Shown here piece after piece: positions 23,033 through 24,801 of a DNA stretch of 24,801 bases; the first letter of the stretch is position 1, and every line of letters starts with the position of its first letter. The stretch comes from Planctomycetales bacterium (GTDB lineage Bacteria; 4484-113), in contig JBBIJQ010000013.1 of the NCBI GenBank assembly GCA_037445915.1, positions 18,062 to 42,862 on the forward strand, given 5' to 3'. The position numbers and the translations under genes were made by a program. The notes below the pieces were generated by a model. That model was not told where the DNA came from. It saw nothing but the letters and a program-made list of their open reading frames with translations, and made no database searches.

Positions 23033-24801
23033 CTAATTTACCTCCACTCTCCAATCGGTTATGTCGCCTGCGTCAGGCGGAGGATTAGGGGTATTTTCCG
23101 GCGCTTGCTCAAGTTGGAGGCGCGCCTCATCGGCCTCAAACCCAACCTGCTCCTGAACCACCACTGGATGGAGCAGCCAGTCATACGCGATGCCGTAGTC
23201 ATCGGGGTTGGAAGCGTAATCAACTCCGGTGTCGGCGACCATAAAGTCCACGAGGAAACTCGTCGGCACCGCCCCCGCCAGGTCTTTGAAAGTCGCTGGG
23301 TCAATGCGGATAGTGAAAGTGTTGCGCGTTATGCTCACGCCGCGATACCAAATCTCATTCTTCACCGGCGTAGGCAAGTCGTCAGTCCAGTAGTCAATGA
23401 CGCCTGTAAACTCGCCGGCAGCGGTGCCGTTGAGCAGACTCACTGAGTTGCCCTGCACTGTGTCGGAAGAGTTGGCGACTGCGCAATCAATACTAGCGTC
23501 GCCCGTGAACTCAATGAGCACCGCAGCGCGCGGGCTCTTGCCTACTTTAATGGTCTTCGCGTTGCCGAAGCCGCCGGTGGTTGATTGCACCAGCGTGCGC
23601 ACCTGGTTGCCGTCATTGTCGTCAGCGCTTTCAACAATGACCAGGTCGTTTAGCGCGTCTCCGTTAATGTCGCCGATGAGCGCGTCAGCAGGGGCATGCC
23701 CCACCGATAGGATTTCCGGGTTTGCATAGCCAGTGTCCCCTTCCGAGCGGAAGATGAAAACGGTATTCCCCATGTCGCCGTTGTAGGCGCACGCTACGGC
23801 GTAATCGTCGCGCGCATCTGAGTTTATCCTCCCTACCGCGAGGCCGACAGGCTGGCGGTCGGTAGCAAACTCATTAGCGATTGTGAATGTCCCGTCGCCG
23901 TTGCCGGTTAGCAGCATAAGGCTGTTGCCTTCATCGCCATCGTGGCTGTTCAGCACCGCCAGGTCGCTAACATCGTCGCCGTTTAAGTTGGTTGCCGCGA
24001 TGGATGTAGGCACTTTGCCAACCGGGGTGAATACAGGGTCAGCAAAGCCGGTCTCCGTCTTAAGCAGCACGGCGACGCGATTGCCCTCGGCGGTATCCAG
24101 GTAAAGCGTGGCCGCGAGGTCGTCAACTCCGTCGCCGTTGAAGTCTCCAACGCAGACGCCATATGGGGGCGAGGGCAGATCAATCTCCGTCTGGGCGGCG
24201 AACACGCCTTCGCCATCATTAAGGAGAAAGCTAAGCGACCTGCCGGTATCGGTGTCGCCGCTATTGGCGACGACTAGGTCTTGCTTGCCGTCGCCGCTGT
24301 AATCGTAGGCGATAAGGCTGGTTGGGGCATCGCCAACCGTGTAGTCAACGTGCTCTGCAAATGAGTGGTTGGAAAGCTGGAAAAGGATGCTAACCGAGTC
24401 GTCAAGGGCGTTGACAGTCGCTATGTCCACGAGAGCGTCGCCGTTCAGGGTTGCGCTGATGATGTCCACCGGGCCGCGCCCTGTCCGATTAAACGCGCCG
24501 ATATCCGCCTTGGTAAGCGACATCACGCTGTCAACGGTTTTTGTCTCGCCGTGAAAGGCTATGTAGCGTTCCCAGCGTTTCCCACGGTTGGGGCCGCTAA
24601 TCTCAGGGAGTGGGCGGTAATCCTCGCCGGTCTTGGGGCTGTTGCTGAAGTTGAAGACAAAGAAGTAGTAGTAGTTGGGGTTAAAGTCGGCCTTCGTCGT
24701 GAACGACAGCACAATTTCAATCGGCTGAACAGCGCCCCCGCCGCCCTTGTCCACCGCGCAGGTGGTGAGCAGCGCCAAAGCAGCCGCAGCCGCCAGGATG
24801 A
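23033..24801 (-). CDS. Lipoprotein with FG-GAP/VCBS beta-propeller repeats, 5'-truncated by the window edge
   Basis: The frame is open to the window end (ILAAAAALALLTTC, lipobox Cys). It has about 7 repeats of the type DFNGDGVDDLA, DYSGDGKQDL and DINGDALNDL. Confidence 0.85.
   Translation of the reverse strand, partial: ILAAAAALALLTTCAVDKGGGGAVQPIEIVLSFTTKADFNPNYYYFFVFNFSNSPKTGEDYRPLPEISGPNRGKRWERYIAFHGETKTVDSVMSLTKADIGAFNRTGRGPVDIISATLNGDALVDIATVNALDDSVSILFQLSNHSFAEHVDYTVGDAPTSLIAYDYSGDGKQDLVVANSGDTDTGRSLSFLLNDGEGVFAAQTEIDLPSPPYGVCVGDFNGDGVDDLAATLYLDTAEGNRVAVLLKTETGFADPVFTPVGKVPTSIAATNLNGDDVSDLAVLNSHDGDEGNSLMLLTGNGDGTFTIANEFATDRQPVGLAVGRINSDARDDYAVACAYNGDMGNTVFIFRSEGDTGYANPEILSVGHAPADALIGDINGDALNDLVIVESADDNDGNQVRTLVQSTTGGFGNAKTIKVGKSPRAAVLIEFTGDASIDCAVANSSDTVQGNSVSLLNGTAAGEFTGVIDYWTDDLPTPVKNEIWYRGVSITRNTFTIRIDPATFKDLAGAVPTSFLVDFMVADTGVDYASNPDDYGIAYDWLLHPVVVQEQVGFEADEARLQLEQAPENTPNPPPDAGDITDWRVEVN

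Noticed and set aside
681-24554. Numerous antisense or alternate-frame ORFs in the track (e.g. 681..1397, 9548..10228, 12750..13241, 16163..17029)
   Set aside because: They are shadow ORFs of well-supported genes, as expected in GC-rich DNA, and have no independent motifs.

Overview
A GC-rich bacterial chromosomal segment made mostly of housekeeping and cell-envelope genes. The gene content (phoH-pgpH, bshC, csaB with DUF5693, an Rqc2/RqcH homolog, mrp) suggests a Terrabacteria-type organism, but I cannot name the taxon. In order, the window holds: the 3' part of a very Met/Cys-rich protein and its terminator; a heptamer-repeat/hairpin spacer; phoH - 7TM-HD phosphodiesterase (pgpH-like) - membrane protein (+); a minus-strand operon SIR2-TPR - ubiX - bshC; a divergent, frame-disrupted phnD-like lipoprotein gene; an amidohydrolase; a flavin reductase-like gene; tRNA-Pro(TGG); mrp/apbC; a secreted hypothetical protein; an NFACT/Rqc2 gene; and a tightly coupled minus-strand envelope operon (FG-GAP lipoprotein - DUF2993 - small exported protein - DUF5693 - csaB - cNMP-domain/class III adenylate cyclase). 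The best candidates for new biology are (1) a stand-alone ~958-aa Zn-less sirtuin (SIR2_2/NADase-type) fused to about 16 TPRs, sitting in a housekeeping operon rather than a defence island, and (2) a cyclase with an Arg-less cNMP-binding domain that is translationally coupled to csaB. Several genes appear to be leaderless. I saw no CRISPR array, rRNA, integrase or transposase. All family calls come from motif recognition by eye, not from database searches.
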